Shown one piece after another: positions 26,077 through 35,627 of a stretch of 64,000 nt of DNA; within the stretch, counting starts at the first letter, position 1, and each line of letters begins with the position of its first letter. The translations under genes and the position numbers were made by a program. The notes beneath the pieces are model-generated. The model was given only the letters and a program-made list of their open reading frames with translations, searched no databases and was not told the DNA's origin. Source of the DNA: Bacteroidota bacterium (GTDB lineage Bacteria > Bacteroidota > Ignavibacteria > Kapaibacteriales > Kapaibacteriaceae); contig JAFDZT010000004.1 in the NCBI GenBank assembly GCA_018266735.1, positions 887,728-951,727 of the forward strand, in the 5' to 3' direction.

Positions 26077-28098
26077 ATGAACCTACAGCCGGCTTTTCAT
26101 TCGGCGCCAATAGACGCATTTCTTAGATCAGAAGTTGCGACTATTATCGGCGGCATCGTGGAAGGCGGTCGCCTTTCACAGACACCCGAGCAACTTGGCG
26201 CGTGGCAGGAGGAAATCCGTATTCTGCAGCATGCGTTGAAACCGTACGCTGGAGCTGGAAGAATCTACTTTGAACTTTCTATTCCACGCCTCGGAAAAAG
26301 GATCGACGTCTTATGTGTCATCAAGCACGTCATCTTCATACTTGAGTTTAAAGTCGGACAGGACTTTGATTCTGCTGCAGAAGAACAAGTGCAGGACTAT
26401 GCACTCGACCTAAAGAACTTCCATTACACGTCTCACGACGTCCCAATCGCGCCAATCCTCATCGCGACTGAGTCAGACTCCAATCGGACTGCGCCAGAGC
26501 TACTCCTCGGCCCTGATAAGATCTTCAAGCCGATTTTGATTCATCAAGACAAGTTAACAGAGACGATTGAACGAATCTTGAGTCAAGTGTCTGGTTCTGA
26601 TATCGACGCGCGAGAATGGGAGTCTGGCTACTACCATCCGACTCCAACTATCGTTCAGGCTGCAACTGCACTCTATCGTGGACACGAAATTGCAGAGATC
26701 TCGAGAAGTGATGCTGGCGCCCAGAATCTGCTGCGGACGTCACAGACGGTTGACGATGTGATACACCGTGCGAGAAAGGAGAGCTTCAAAGCGATTTGCT
26801 TCGTCACTGGTGTACCGGGGGCAGGGAAAACGCTCGTTGGTCTTGACATAGCTACTAAGCACAACGACCCTGAAAGCGAACTCCACTCCGTCTTTCTCTC
26901 AGGGAATGGGCCTCTGGTAAACGTGCTTTGCGAGGCATTAGCAAGAGATGCAGTAGATCGCTCAGAACCGAAGGAACGAAAAGGTAAAGGAAAGGGGAAG
27001 GGAAAGAGCAGAAGGGTTAAAACACTCACTGAAGCTAGACGCGAAGTCAAAGTGTTCATTCAGAATGTTCATCACTTCCGCGACGACTGTCTGAACGATG
27101 TCGAAAGGCCTCCGATTGAACACGTTGCCCTGTTTGATGAGGCCCAACGCGCTTGGAACAAAGAACAGACGATGAGGTTCATGAAGCGTCGAAAGGGAAA
27201 CAGCTCTTTCGATCAGAGTGAGCCAGAATTCCTCATTTCATGCATGGATCGACATAGTGATTGGGCTGTGATCGTGTGTCTCGTTGGAGGTGGTCAGGAG
27301 ATTAACACAGGAGAGGCTGGAATAGCCGCGTGGGTTGAGGCAGTTATCGATCGATTTCCGAATTGGCATGTGTTCATATCTCCTCAGTTGCGTGCGAAGG
27401 ACTACGCAACTGATAATGTACTTGAACGAGCTAGTGAGATTCTCAATCTGGAGTACAAGAGTGACTTGCATCTAAGTGTTCCGATGCGATCGTTCCGTTC
27501 AGAGGCTGTTTCGAGATTAGTACACTTCACTCTCGATATGGATGTGGAGGCAGCGAGGAAGGCAATTGATCAAACGAGAGAAACCTACCCCATCTATCTC
27601 ACACGTGATCTGGACAAGGCAAAGGAGTGGCTTCGTAACAAAGCTCGAGGAACAGAGCGGTATGGGATTGTCGTTTCTTCGCAAGCCGAGCGACTGCGTC
27701 CGCACGCAATCGACGTTACGTCTCCAATGGACCCAGTCCATTGGTTCCTAAATGGAAAGGAAGATGTACGATCGTCGTTCTACTTGGAAAGTGTTGCCAC
27801 TGAGTTTCACGTTCAAGGACTTGAGGTGGATTGGGCTTGCGTGACATGGGATGCCGATTTTCGAGCAATCAAGAACAAGTGGCAGCACTGGTCGTTCAAG
27901 GGTGACCGATGGGAGAAGATTGTAAAGGATGATCGCCGGAGATACCAGAAGAATGCATATCGTGTGCTCTTGACACGTGCTCGTCAAGGTATGGTAATTG
28001 TCGTACCTGAAGGCGACCGCAATGATCACACGCGTCCGCCGAGTTACTACGATGGCACGTATGATTACTTGCGTTCGATTGGCTTCGATGACTTGTAA
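26077..28098 (+). CDS. PD-(D/E)xK nuclease-like N-domain fused to a DUF2075 P-loop (SF1-like, Schlafen-C-terminal-type) helicase
   Basis: Track ORF 26047 (TTG)..28098; ATG at 26077. N-terminal E...GKRIDVLCV...ILEFK (D/ExK pattern). Walker A GVPGAGKT, Walker B LFDEAQRAW, VCLVGGGQEIN, C-terminal YRVLLTRARQGMVIVVP. Codon usage is visibly more AT-rich than the neighbours. Confidence 0.8.
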   Translation: MNLQPAFHSAPIDAFLRSEVATIIGGIVEGGRLSQTPEQLGAWQEEIRILQHALKPYAGAGRIYFELSIPRLGKRIDVLCVIKHVIFILEFKVGQDFDSAAEEQVQDYALDLKNFHYTSHDVPIAPILIATESDSNRTAPELLLGPDKIFKPILIHQDKLTETIERILSQVSGSDIDAREWESGYYHPTPTIVQAATALYRGHEIAEISRSDAGAQNLLRTSQTVDDVIHRARKESFKAICFVTGVPGAGKTLVGLDIATKHNDPESELHSVFLSGNGPLVNVLCEALARDAVDRSEPKERKGKGKGKGKSRRVKTLTEARREVKVFIQNVHHFRDDCLNDVERPPIEHVALFDEAQRAWNKEQTMRFMKRRKGNSSFDQSEPEFLISCMDRHSDWAVIVCLVGGGQEINTGEAGIAAWVEAVIDRFPNWHVFISPQLRAKDYATDNVLERASEILNLEYKSDLHLSVPMRSFRSEAVSRLVHFTLDMDVEAARKAIDQTRETYPIYLTRDLDKAKEWLRNKARGTERYGIVVSSQAERLRPHAIDVTSPMDPVHWFLNGKEDVRSSFYLESVATEFHVQGLEVDWACVTWDADFRAIKNKWQHWSFKGDRWEKIVKDDRRRYQKNAYRVLLTRARQGMVIVVPEGDRNDHTRPPSYYDGTYDYLRSIGFDDL

Positions 28099-28144
28099 CA
28101 ACGTCCTGTTCGATTGTCGAACAGCTTATTCATCAGCACGATCT

Positions 28145-28366
28145 CTAAACGCACTGGTCACGTATTTCTCGGATAATGACCTCATACAGCCTTGCGATAG
28201 CAAACGCCTCACGTGCTGAACTGCATTCCTCAAGGCAGACCTCCTCTTCGATTCGATCTTCTGACCATGCATGTCCAGTACGTGTCCATGACTCCCGGAG
28301 GTAGGCAAGTGCCGTGAGGAGATTGTCGGCGTATTCTTTGGGCAGGTGAAGGGTGAAGAATTGCAT
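28145..28366 (-). CDS. Small hypothetical protein (73 aa), convergent with the DUF2075 gene
   Basis: ATG-initiated ORF with helical-looking sequence MQFFTLHLPKEYADNLLTALAYLRESW... No recognised domain and a weak RBS. Confidence 0.35.
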   Translation of the reverse strand: MQFFTLHLPKEYADNLLTALAYLRESWTRTGHAWSEDRIEEEVCLEECSSAREAFAIARLYEVIIREIRDQCV

Positions 28367-28483
28367 GTGGCAAGTTCACCGGAAACCGGACGATGTACCG
28401 GACAGAACCTATCCGGTTGTTACGCATGCGTAACATACCCTCCCCTTGCAACCTTTCCGCCCTGCCTGGCGTTGTGCGGCTTC

Positions 28484-28723
28484 ATGAAGCAACTCTCTCC
28501 GACGATCAATCGCATTGGCTACGTGCTGTTCACGTTGATCGGCATTGTGAAGCCGATCGTAAGCCATGATCTTTCTGAAGCAACGACGTTGGGGATCGCG
28601 CTGATCTTCGATCCGTTCGATCCGACGGTGCCGTTTGGGCAGCGGCCGTGGTGGCAGCAGGCGTTGTTGTATACGCAGATGACCGTAACGCTGGTGGCTG
28701 TTGGGGCGTTGCTGTTCAAATAG
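28484..28723 (+). CDS. Small putative membrane protein
   Basis: ATG 28484 within track ORF 28346..28723. It has two hydrophobic segments (IGYVLFTLIGIV; MTVTLVAVGALLF). Confidence 0.35.
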   Translation: MKQLSPTINRIGYVLFTLIGIVKPIVSHDLSEATTLGIALIFDPFDPTVPFGQRPWWQQALLYTQMTVTLVAVGALLFK

Positions 28724-28866
28724 GCGTCGCATCAATCATGCATCTGCGCAGCAGGTGATGGCGGCGTGAAGATACTGTGTAAGTAGTACTCGGTTGAGTT
28801 GCTGCGTGCGCGAAACAAAAAGGCGACCCCAAAACTCTCGTCAAGGGCCGCCCTTCTACACGATAC

Positions 28867-28929
28867 TTGTCACTTGTCACTACTTACTCTACTCGTCACT
28901 TGTCACTTGTCACTTGTCACTTGTCACTT
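28867..28929 (-). repeat. Heptamer array (rc orientation), about 9 units with one degenerate stretch
   Basis: ttgtcac ttgtcac tacttactctac tcgtcac ttgtcac ttgtcac ttgtcac ttgtcac tt read directly. It contains the stop codon (28924-28926) of the minus-strand lipoprotein gene. Confidence 0.95.
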
Positions 28930-29700
28930 TCTTACGAGGTTCTCCATCCTCACCTCCGTCTCCTTCGTCGACGGATCATAGTTCACCGTGTACTTCGACG
29001 GATAGAACTTGCCGCTCACCGGATAGGCCGATGGCATCTTCACGGTCTGTGCTGCGTTCGATGGCTTCGACTTCAGATAGGCCAGTGTGATCATGGGCTC
29101 GAGGAAGACCATCTTGCCGGCCGATGTGCCGTAGATGAACGTGCGGTCGAAGGCTTCGCCACGGAATTCATGCGAGGTGCTGTCGACCCAGTGACGTCCC
29201 ATCATGGGCACCGATGTTGGGTCCGGACTCCAGTAGTCGGGTGCGATGTACTTCGCGTCGACCGGTGCCATGTCCACACCACCTGGGATCGCCGCTTGCT
29301 GTGCTTCGCTGATCATGTAGAAGTGCACGTCAAAGTGCGGAGCGCCATACAGCACGGCCGGTTCATGTCCGTTCGGATTCCAGTCCAGCGAGATGTGATC
29401 GATGTTCGTCCCTGCTGCTTGCGGTGGCATCGGAAGCGTGACGGCAAGAGCATGGTCGTGACCTTCACCGTGATCGTCCGCCGTTGGCAGGTTCTCAAGC
29501 GCACCGTCGGAGAGCGTCACACCGTACGATGTCGGATCGCCGGCATCGTTCAACCGCACCCATGGTGTGGCCGTTCCGTTTCCAAGTGGTTTGGCAGGGC
29601 CTTTGAAGAGGCCGGACTTGGAAGCCGGACCGGTGGTGTTGTCGTTACACGCCGAGAGGATCAGCGTAAGGGCGGAAAGGGCAATGGCAAGGTTCTTCAT
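28924..29700 (-). CDS. Hypothetical lipoprotein with His-rich segment
   Basis: 258 aa. Lipobox MKNLAIALSALTLILSACN. Contains DDHGEGHDHALAV and HISLDWNPNGHEP...HFDVHFY. Confidence 0.65.
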   Translation of the reverse strand: MKNLAIALSALTLILSACNDNTTGPASKSGLFKGPAKPLGNGTATPWVRLNDAGDPTSYGVTLSDGALENLPTADDHGEGHDHALAVTLPMPPQAAGTNIDHISLDWNPNGHEPAVLYGAPHFDVHFYMISEAQQAAIPGGVDMAPVDAKYIAPDYWSPDPTSVPMMGRHWVDSTSHEFRGEAFDRTFIYGTSAGKMVFLEPMITLAYLKSKPSNAAQTVKMPSAYPVSGKFYPSKYTVNYDPSTKETEVRMENLVRK

Positions 29701-29795
29701 GGGAGTTCCTGTTCGAGGTTAGAATTCGCGGAGCATGAATCCATGCGATCCGCTCGTGGAAGAATTGGTTGTTGTTGATATGGCGATCTCGTCGA

Positions 29796-30329
29796 TCATT
29801 TCGGCAGAACAACGTCGAAGTTGATGTACGGTGGTTGTGGTGCGATATGCGGAGGCAGATACGAAGGCATGTTCTCTCCCTTCGGTCCAAGGTCCTTCAC
29901 AAAAGCATAGATGGCGGCAAGGTCCTGACGCTTCATGTTGTGCAGGGCCCACCATGGCATGGGTGGCGCACCCTGCAACGTTTGCGCGTTCTTGATCCAA
30001 TCTTCTTCTGTCATGCTGTTGATGAAGGTGCGCAGGTTGATGGGATACGATGTGCCCCATGGACCCTTGAACCCTACCGGACTTCCGACGAGCCATTCCT
30101 GGACGGGAAGCTTTCCGGCCGACTCGTTGAACCCGGGCGTGTGACAGTCATTACAACCGCCCATGAGAATGAGGTACCGTCCTTGTTCAATGGCGGCGGC
30201 CTTGGCCGACGGCGCCTTTGCCGTTGGTGTCTTGGTGGTGCGTTCGGCAGCCGATGCTCGGTCGAGCGAGGCGGCCAACAGGACCACGGTCGCAATGCTT
30301 GCCGTGGCCAGGATGAGTGTTTTCGACAT
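29796..30329 (-). CDS. Mono-heme c-type cytochrome
   Basis: Track ORF 29796..30380. ATG 30329 gives the signal MSKTLILATASIATVVLLAASL. A single CxxCH motif (GGCNDCHTPG). Confidence 0.75.
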   Translation of the reverse strand: MSKTLILATASIATVVLLAASLDRASAAERTTKTPTAKAPSAKAAAIEQGRYLILMGGCNDCHTPGFNESAGKLPVQEWLVGSPVGFKGPWGTSYPINLRTFINSMTEEDWIKNAQTLQGAPPMPWWALHNMKRQDLAAIYAFVKDLGPKGENMPSYLPPHIAPQPPYINFDVVLPK

Positions 30330-30412
30330 ATGATCCTTTCGGGAGTGTTTCGTGATGCGAACTTCACGCTGTGGCCGCAAAAAGGATCTGCCAAGAGTTC
30401 GTAATTTCTCCT

Positions 30413-31945
30413 ATGTCTAACGTACCACGCACCGATCTACATGCTCTGATACAAAGCCTTTCGCGGACGGAGAAGCGCTACGTCAAAACGTATTTACTTC
30501 GTCACCGCGATACGGCCGATAATCAAAGCGTGCAACTCTTCGACGCCGTCGAGACCCAAGTGGAGTATGATGAAGCGGCCATTCGCAAGCGCCATGCCGC
30601 CAAGGGATTCGTGAAGCGGTTGCCCGAGGCCAAGCGAGAGCTCTATCATCTGATCCTGCGGGCCATGCGGGAGTATCGCAACGAATCCACGGCCCAGCAT
30701 AAGATCATGGCCGCCCTGCAGGACATGCAGTTCCTGCGGGAGCACAACCTTCCGAAGCTGGCTGAGGCCCGGCTTGCCGATGCCGAGCATTGGATCGAGC
30801 GCACCGAGGACAATGCCTTTCGGTTGATCGCCTTGCGACATCGGCAGCGGCTCGATCGCGTGAACTATGGACCGATCACGACAAAGAACCTTGAGGACTA
30901 TGCGAGTCGACTCGAGGCAACAGCGGCGCAGATCAAGGAAGACGTCGACATGATGGTCCTCGCCCTCGAATCATCCGCTGCGGTGCTCGAAGCAGGCCAT
31001 GCATTCGGTCGTGCCGGGGCCGTCTCCCACGATGCCCTTCGCAAGAAGATCGCCCACGCCGAGGCGCATCCGCCCAAGAGCATTCGTGCCTACGTGGACG
31101 TGCTTGAGATCGTCGCAGAGTTCGCCTACTATTACGAGGGCGACAAGGAGCGGGCACGCAAGGCCGACGAGCAGTTGCTTGCATTGTACAGCACGCATCC
31201 CATGTATGAGGACCGACGCGTGCTCGAACGCACATCGCACATCTATGCCATGCTGCAGCGCACCATCGGTGCGGGCGATTTCGCCGGAGCACAAGAACTA
31301 CTTCATCGCTTGCGCACGGAGTTCGAGCAGGCCGCACCGAAGAAGGGCACGAGTCTGTGGCGACAGATCCTCTTGCGCATCGTCAGCTCCGAGCTCCTCG
31401 TTCACCTTGCCGCCGGCACCCTCGAGGAACCATCGGCACGACTTCGTGAGCTCACGGCCGAGGTCGAAGCACTCGAGAAGATCCGTCCCACCGTGTTTGG
31501 CCTCATCTCCTTCTTCAACCTTGCCATCATTGCCTTCTTCACAGGAAAGAATCGTGACGCCACGCGATTGCTCCACCGAACGATGGAGTACGGGACGGAC
31601 CGACGGAAGGACGTCTATATGGGGGCGAGGATGATGTTGTTGCTCATCCATGCGGAGCAGGAGCACTGGACGTTGGTGGCCAGTATGACGCGTTCCATCA
31701 AGCGATCACTACCGCAGTTCGGCAAGGCCAGCGTGGACGAGACGGCATTGCTCTCCTGCATGACGCGCTTGGCGGAGTTCCCCACGCCACGCAAGCGCAT
31801 GCAGATCTTGCGCGAGACCAAGGCAGAGCTGGACCGTGCGAGGGCCACCGTGAAAGGTCAACTCCGCACGGACATGTATGCCTTTGATGCTTGGCTTCGG
31901 CATCACATCGAAAAACGCCCATTGTTGCATACGTTGCGGGAATAA
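30413..31945 (+). CDS. Conserved-looking hypothetical all-helical (TPR-like) protein
   Basis: Track ORF 30371..31945. ATG 30413 gives MSNVPRTDLHALIQSLSRTEKRYVKTYL. 510 aa with helical repeat character and no catalytic motif that I recognise. Confidence 0.6.
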   Translation: MSNVPRTDLHALIQSLSRTEKRYVKTYLLRHRDTADNQSVQLFDAVETQVEYDEAAIRKRHAAKGFVKRLPEAKRELYHLILRAMREYRNESTAQHKIMAALQDMQFLREHNLPKLAEARLADAEHWIERTEDNAFRLIALRHRQRLDRVNYGPITTKNLEDYASRLEATAAQIKEDVDMMVLALESSAAVLEAGHAFGRAGAVSHDALRKKIAHAEAHPPKSIRAYVDVLEIVAEFAYYYEGDKERARKADEQLLALYSTHPMYEDRRVLERTSHIYAMLQRTIGAGDFAGAQELLHRLRTEFEQAAPKKGTSLWRQILLRIVSSELLVHLAAGTLEEPSARLRELTAEVEALEKIRPTVFGLISFFNLAIIAFFTGKNRDATRLLHRTMEYGTDRRKDVYMGARMMLLLIHAEQEHWTLVASMTRSIKRSLPQFGKASVDETALLSCMTRLAEFPTPRKRMQILRETKAELDRARATVKGQLRTDMYAFDAWLRHHIEKRPLLHTLRE

Positions 31946-31947
31946 CA

Positions 31948-32009
31948 TCCCTCCCGGCATCTGCCCGGCATCTGCCCGGCATCTGCCGGGCAGCTGCCGG
32001 GAAGGAGGG
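31948..32009 (+). terminator. GC-rich hairpin built from an 11-bp repeat (CCCGGCATCTG x3) and its imperfect inverted copy; probable terminator
   Basis: tccctcccggcatctgcccggcatctgcccggcatctgccgggcagctgccgggaaggaggg read directly. The arms CCCTCCCGGCA... and ...TGCCGGGAAGGAGGG can pair. It starts 3 nt after the stop at 31945. Confidence 0.55.
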
Positions 32010-32061
32010 TGGGTAACGTTTTCTCGACATCGTACTTGGTTGTGCATTCAGCTACACAACC

Positions 32062-33723
32062 ATGGAGGTTCACATGTTTCGGTTTCTTCTCCTCATCGGG
32101 CTCCTTTGCAGTATCTCGCTGCATGCCCAACAACAGATCATGGTAACGCCGAATCCGGTGATCTTCCAGGACGTGGCCGTTGGGAAGTCCGCAGACACCG
32201 TGTTGACGATGGTCAACTATTCAACAAGGGACCTTACGGTCCGCATGTATTTCACCGGACCGGATGCAGTCGACTTCGAACTCACACAAGGCCCATCCGT
32301 CCAGATCAAGGCCGGACAAGGCTATGTCCAAGTGCCTGTCCGCTTCACACCGTCCCACGGCGATACGAGCTATGCACAGCTCATGCTCTCCACAGACTCC
32401 AGCATCACCACGCAGCCTGTGAATTTGTACGGCGTGAGCACGCCAACATTCCCCGGCGGATTGCAAGTACTTCCCAAGCAAGTGCAGTTCCGGAATGTGA
32501 TCGTGGGTAGAAGTGTCGATGCGATCTTCACCGTCAACAGTTCCACCGTGATCACAATGCCGATCATGCTCACGTTCTCCACTCCAACGTCCTCACCGTT
32601 CTCCATCGTCTCCCCAACCTCGCCCGTCGAGATCACCTCAAAGGGAAGCGTCAACTGCGTGATCCGATTCTCACCAACGGCTGAAGGCAGGTTCGCGAGC
32701 GTGATCAACGTGATGGCCAATGGCGCTGTGATCTCCGTTCCTATTGAGGGCACTGCCGAGCCATCGCAACTCAGCATCACGTGGGAAGAAGGAGACTTCG
32801 TTGCCGATACGATCGGTGCGTCCGTGTCGCGAACCATCATCGTGACGAACAACGGTAGTGATGACTCGCTCGTGTCCGTCTTCACATCTCGCGGCTACAC
32901 GTTCAAGGCAGAGCCGGAAGAACTCTACCTCATGAGTGGACAATCCGGTACGTCGGTGATCACGTTCACGCCAACAGATATGGACACGACGACAGAGGGA
33001 CTCGAAGTGGTTCGCAGTGGGATGAGCGAGTACAGCCTCCAGCTCATCGGCTATGTTCGCTCCAAGCCAAGCGTGCGTGTTCGTGTTGGCGATGTGAGCG
33101 GCAAGCCCGGCGAATCCGCACCATGCGTGATCACCTTGCTCACCGACATTCCCGACAAGACCATGAGCGCAACGATGACGTTGTCCTTCAACGCCTCTGT
33201 ACTCGTTCCGAACTTCACCTTGCTCACCGATGGAACAGCGAACGGCATCCGCACCGTGAGCACACGCGTTGGTGTCCCCTCCACGCGCAAGAGCGGCGAT
33301 GTCCTTGCCTCCTTGCCATTCACGATCGCCCTTGGCGATGCGACCACGTCGCCGATCCAATTGAAAGGTATCGTATGGCGCGGCGTGGACGACATCGAGA
33401 TCCCGATGAACACAACGGCCGAAGATGCGACCACGACGGTCGATGATGATCGTGAAGTGAACGCCAACACTGGCGGCATGAAGCTGTCGCTCGCACCGAA
33501 CCCCATGACGACGTCGGCAACAGCAACGGTGTACGGCGCACAAGGTGCACTGGTCGTTGAACTCTTCAGCACCACCGGTGTTCGCGTGTACTCCACGTCG
33601 CTCACCGCCTCGGCCGATGGCACCACCGTGCTCTTCGATCGCAGTTCGCTCTCGCAAGGACTGTATATCTTGCGCGTAAGCAACGGCGCGTCCACTCTTG
33701 TTCGGAGACTTGTTGTAGAATGA
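32062..33723 (+). CDS. Secreted Ig-like/choice-of-anchor-D-like repeat protein with a T9SS-type C-terminal sorting domain
   Basis: 553 aa. Signal peptide MEVHMFRFLLLIGLLCSISLHAQ. Repeated 'F..V.VG.S.D..' modules. C-terminus LAPNPMTTSATATVYG...VELFSTTGVRVYS...GLYILRVSNG...RRLVVE. Confidence 0.75.
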   Translation: MEVHMFRFLLLIGLLCSISLHAQQQIMVTPNPVIFQDVAVGKSADTVLTMVNYSTRDLTVRMYFTGPDAVDFELTQGPSVQIKAGQGYVQVPVRFTPSHGDTSYAQLMLSTDSSITTQPVNLYGVSTPTFPGGLQVLPKQVQFRNVIVGRSVDAIFTVNSSTVITMPIMLTFSTPTSSPFSIVSPTSPVEITSKGSVNCVIRFSPTAEGRFASVINVMANGAVISVPIEGTAEPSQLSITWEEGDFVADTIGASVSRTIIVTNNGSDDSLVSVFTSRGYTFKAEPEELYLMSGQSGTSVITFTPTDMDTTTEGLEVVRSGMSEYSLQLIGYVRSKPSVRVRVGDVSGKPGESAPCVITLLTDIPDKTMSATMTLSFNASVLVPNFTLLTDGTANGIRTVSTRVGVPSTRKSGDVLASLPFTIALGDATTSPIQLKGIVWRGVDDIEIPMNTTAEDATTTVDDDREVNANTGGMKLSLAPNPMTTSATATVYGAQGALVVELFSTTGVRVYSTSLTASADGTTVLFDRSSLSQGLYILRVSNGASTLVRRLVVE

Positions 33724-33727
33724 CCCT

Positions 33728-35374
33728 TTGATCGCACGTCATATCACGTTCGTCGTGTTGATCGTGAGTGGCGTCTTCAGTGCAACTGCGCAACGAGCAT
33801 GGATCGTTGCTCCGCAAGTTGGCGCCACCTTCGCATCCGCATCGTTTCAACAGCTCGGTCCGCTCGTTCTTCCAGAACGGGCGACCGGGCTTTCGTCGTC
33901 TACATCATGGATGGCCGGCATGCGTGGCGCCATGCGCCTTCCGCTCTTCTCGCGCTTCTCCCTCGTTCCCAGCGTCGGCATCTCATACTCAAACGCCGCA
34001 GTCGTCACAACAGAGCCAACGACCTTTGCCATCTACGGCAACCTTGTTCCCGGCACATTTGAGCACACGTACACATTCTCGACCATGGCCGTGGAAGGTG
34101 GCATGGAGGCACGGTACACCTTGTTCCCGTTCCTGGATGTAGCGGCCGGCGTAGGATCGTTCATCACCACCTCGATGTACGGCACACACGACATGACCAT
34201 CACCGATCCCGCGGGAGTAACGTTCACCGATGGTTCATCAACACAACGTCGTGCCGAAGGCGCTATCCCTGAACGCAACACCTTCGTGCCGTTCGCGACG
34301 GCATCGCTTATCGTTCCGGTGAAGGTCAGCAAATGGAACGTCGACGTGGAAGCAGGCTATCGCACCACGCTCACGTCGATGGTGAGCACAGCAACGCTCA
34401 CCACACAACAGGTCTTTGCACGCATTGGCGTGCGCTTCGATCTCGCATCGATCGACGAGGCCGAGTCGCCGTACGAAACGCTTCGCATGCCGACCACCAC
34501 GCCCGTGCTCGAGCCAACAACAACGCCCGCGCCTGTGCTGCCGACGCTGCGCACCGTGCCGACCACGGACATTCCTCCTTCCCTCCCTCCATTGGCCGTT
34601 GTCGCACCATCACGTCCGGCGCCGTCTGTGCTCGCTCTCTGCAATGTGGCGTTCCGACAATCGAACGGACGTGTGTCTGAGCGTGGCGTGGTGCGCATGG
34701 AGCGCACACTCATGCAGACCATCGATCACGGTCCGAACGATGCGGCCATCTCGCGCATCGATACGATCCTTCGTGCCGATCCTCCTATCGTGTTGCTCCG
34801 TCCGCTCGTCTCCACCGACGACAGCGTTGCGCGTTGGTCGTTGCGCATCGTTGTGTCCGACACACTCCTCTTCGAACGCGACGGCCTTGGCGCACCTCCG
34901 CGCGAGATCGAATGGGACTGCGCCACCATCTCGCGATCGCTCTTCGAACTGCTCATTCGCGATAGTGCTGTTGTACATGTGGATGCGGTTGGGAAACAAG
35001 GCGGCAAGGCCGTTTCGGCACCAACGACCATTCGTCTTGTCGAAGGTCGACGCATGGCATCACTCGACACGTCGCGCATCAACGTCACCATCTGGGGCTA
35101 CAACGTCAACGCCGTCGACCTTCCCGAGTGGGCACGCACCACCATTCGATCGTTGCGTCGTGCCGCACGCACGGCCACGTCGGTCTCCATCTATGGCAGT
35201 GCCGATGGAGATGGCGAACGCAACGTCAATCAGCGCATCGCCGAGCAACGTGCACAAAAGGCCGCAACCGCACTCGGTCAGCCCAACGCTCGCATCGATA
35301 TCGATCCCATCCCTTCGGCGCAGGCGGTGAGGAATGAGAGGGATAGGAGGATAAGGATCGTGTTGAGGAAGTAA
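33728..35374 (+). CDS. Outer-membrane protein, N-terminal beta-barrel-like region plus C-terminal OmpA-like domain
   Basis: 548 aa. Signal peptide MIARHITFVVLIVSGVFSATAQ. Pro/Thr-rich linker. C-terminus VSIYGSADGDGERNVNQRIAEQRAQKAATALG...RRIRIVLRK. Same architecture as 10104..12026. Confidence 0.7.
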   Translation: MIARHITFVVLIVSGVFSATAQRAWIVAPQVGATFASASFQQLGPLVLPERATGLSSSTSWMAGMRGAMRLPLFSRFSLVPSVGISYSNAAVVTTEPTTFAIYGNLVPGTFEHTYTFSTMAVEGGMEARYTLFPFLDVAAGVGSFITTSMYGTHDMTITDPAGVTFTDGSSTQRRAEGAIPERNTFVPFATASLIVPVKVSKWNVDVEAGYRTTLTSMVSTATLTTQQVFARIGVRFDLASIDEAESPYETLRMPTTTPVLEPTTTPAPVLPTLRTVPTTDIPPSLPPLAVVAPSRPAPSVLALCNVAFRQSNGRVSERGVVRMERTLMQTIDHGPNDAAISRIDTILRADPPIVLLRPLVSTDDSVARWSLRIVVSDTLLFERDGLGAPPREIEWDCATISRSLFELLIRDSAVVHVDAVGKQGGKAVSAPTTIRLVEGRRMASLDTSRINVTIWGYNVNAVDLPEWARTTIRSLRRAARTATSVSIYGSADGDGERNVNQRIAEQRAQKAATALGQPNARIDIDPIPSAQAVRNERDRRIRIVLRK

Positions 35375-35493
35375 AAGAGAAGTAAAAGAGAAGTGAAAGA
35401 GAATGAAAGAGAATGAAAGAGAAGTGAAAGAGAAGTAAACAAGAAGTGAAAGAGAAGTGAAAGACAAGTAAACAAGAAGTAAAGGAGAAGTAG
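35368..35493 (+). repeat. 11-bp tandem array (GAAGTGAAAGA-like), about 11 units
   Basis: gaagtaaaaga gaagtaaaaga gaagtgaaaga gaatgaaaga ... read directly. The first unit contains the stop codon of 33728..35374. Confidence 0.95.
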
Positions 35494-35627
35494 ATCTGGT
35501 TCAATTGCAGAATGCGTTCGAACAGGACAATTCGAGATCGCTGATTCGTCCCTCGCTCTTCGCAGATGCGGCCGTGCGTCTCCTCGCAATTCGGCGACTC
35601 GACCGCCATTTTGCAACAGAGCAAGGT

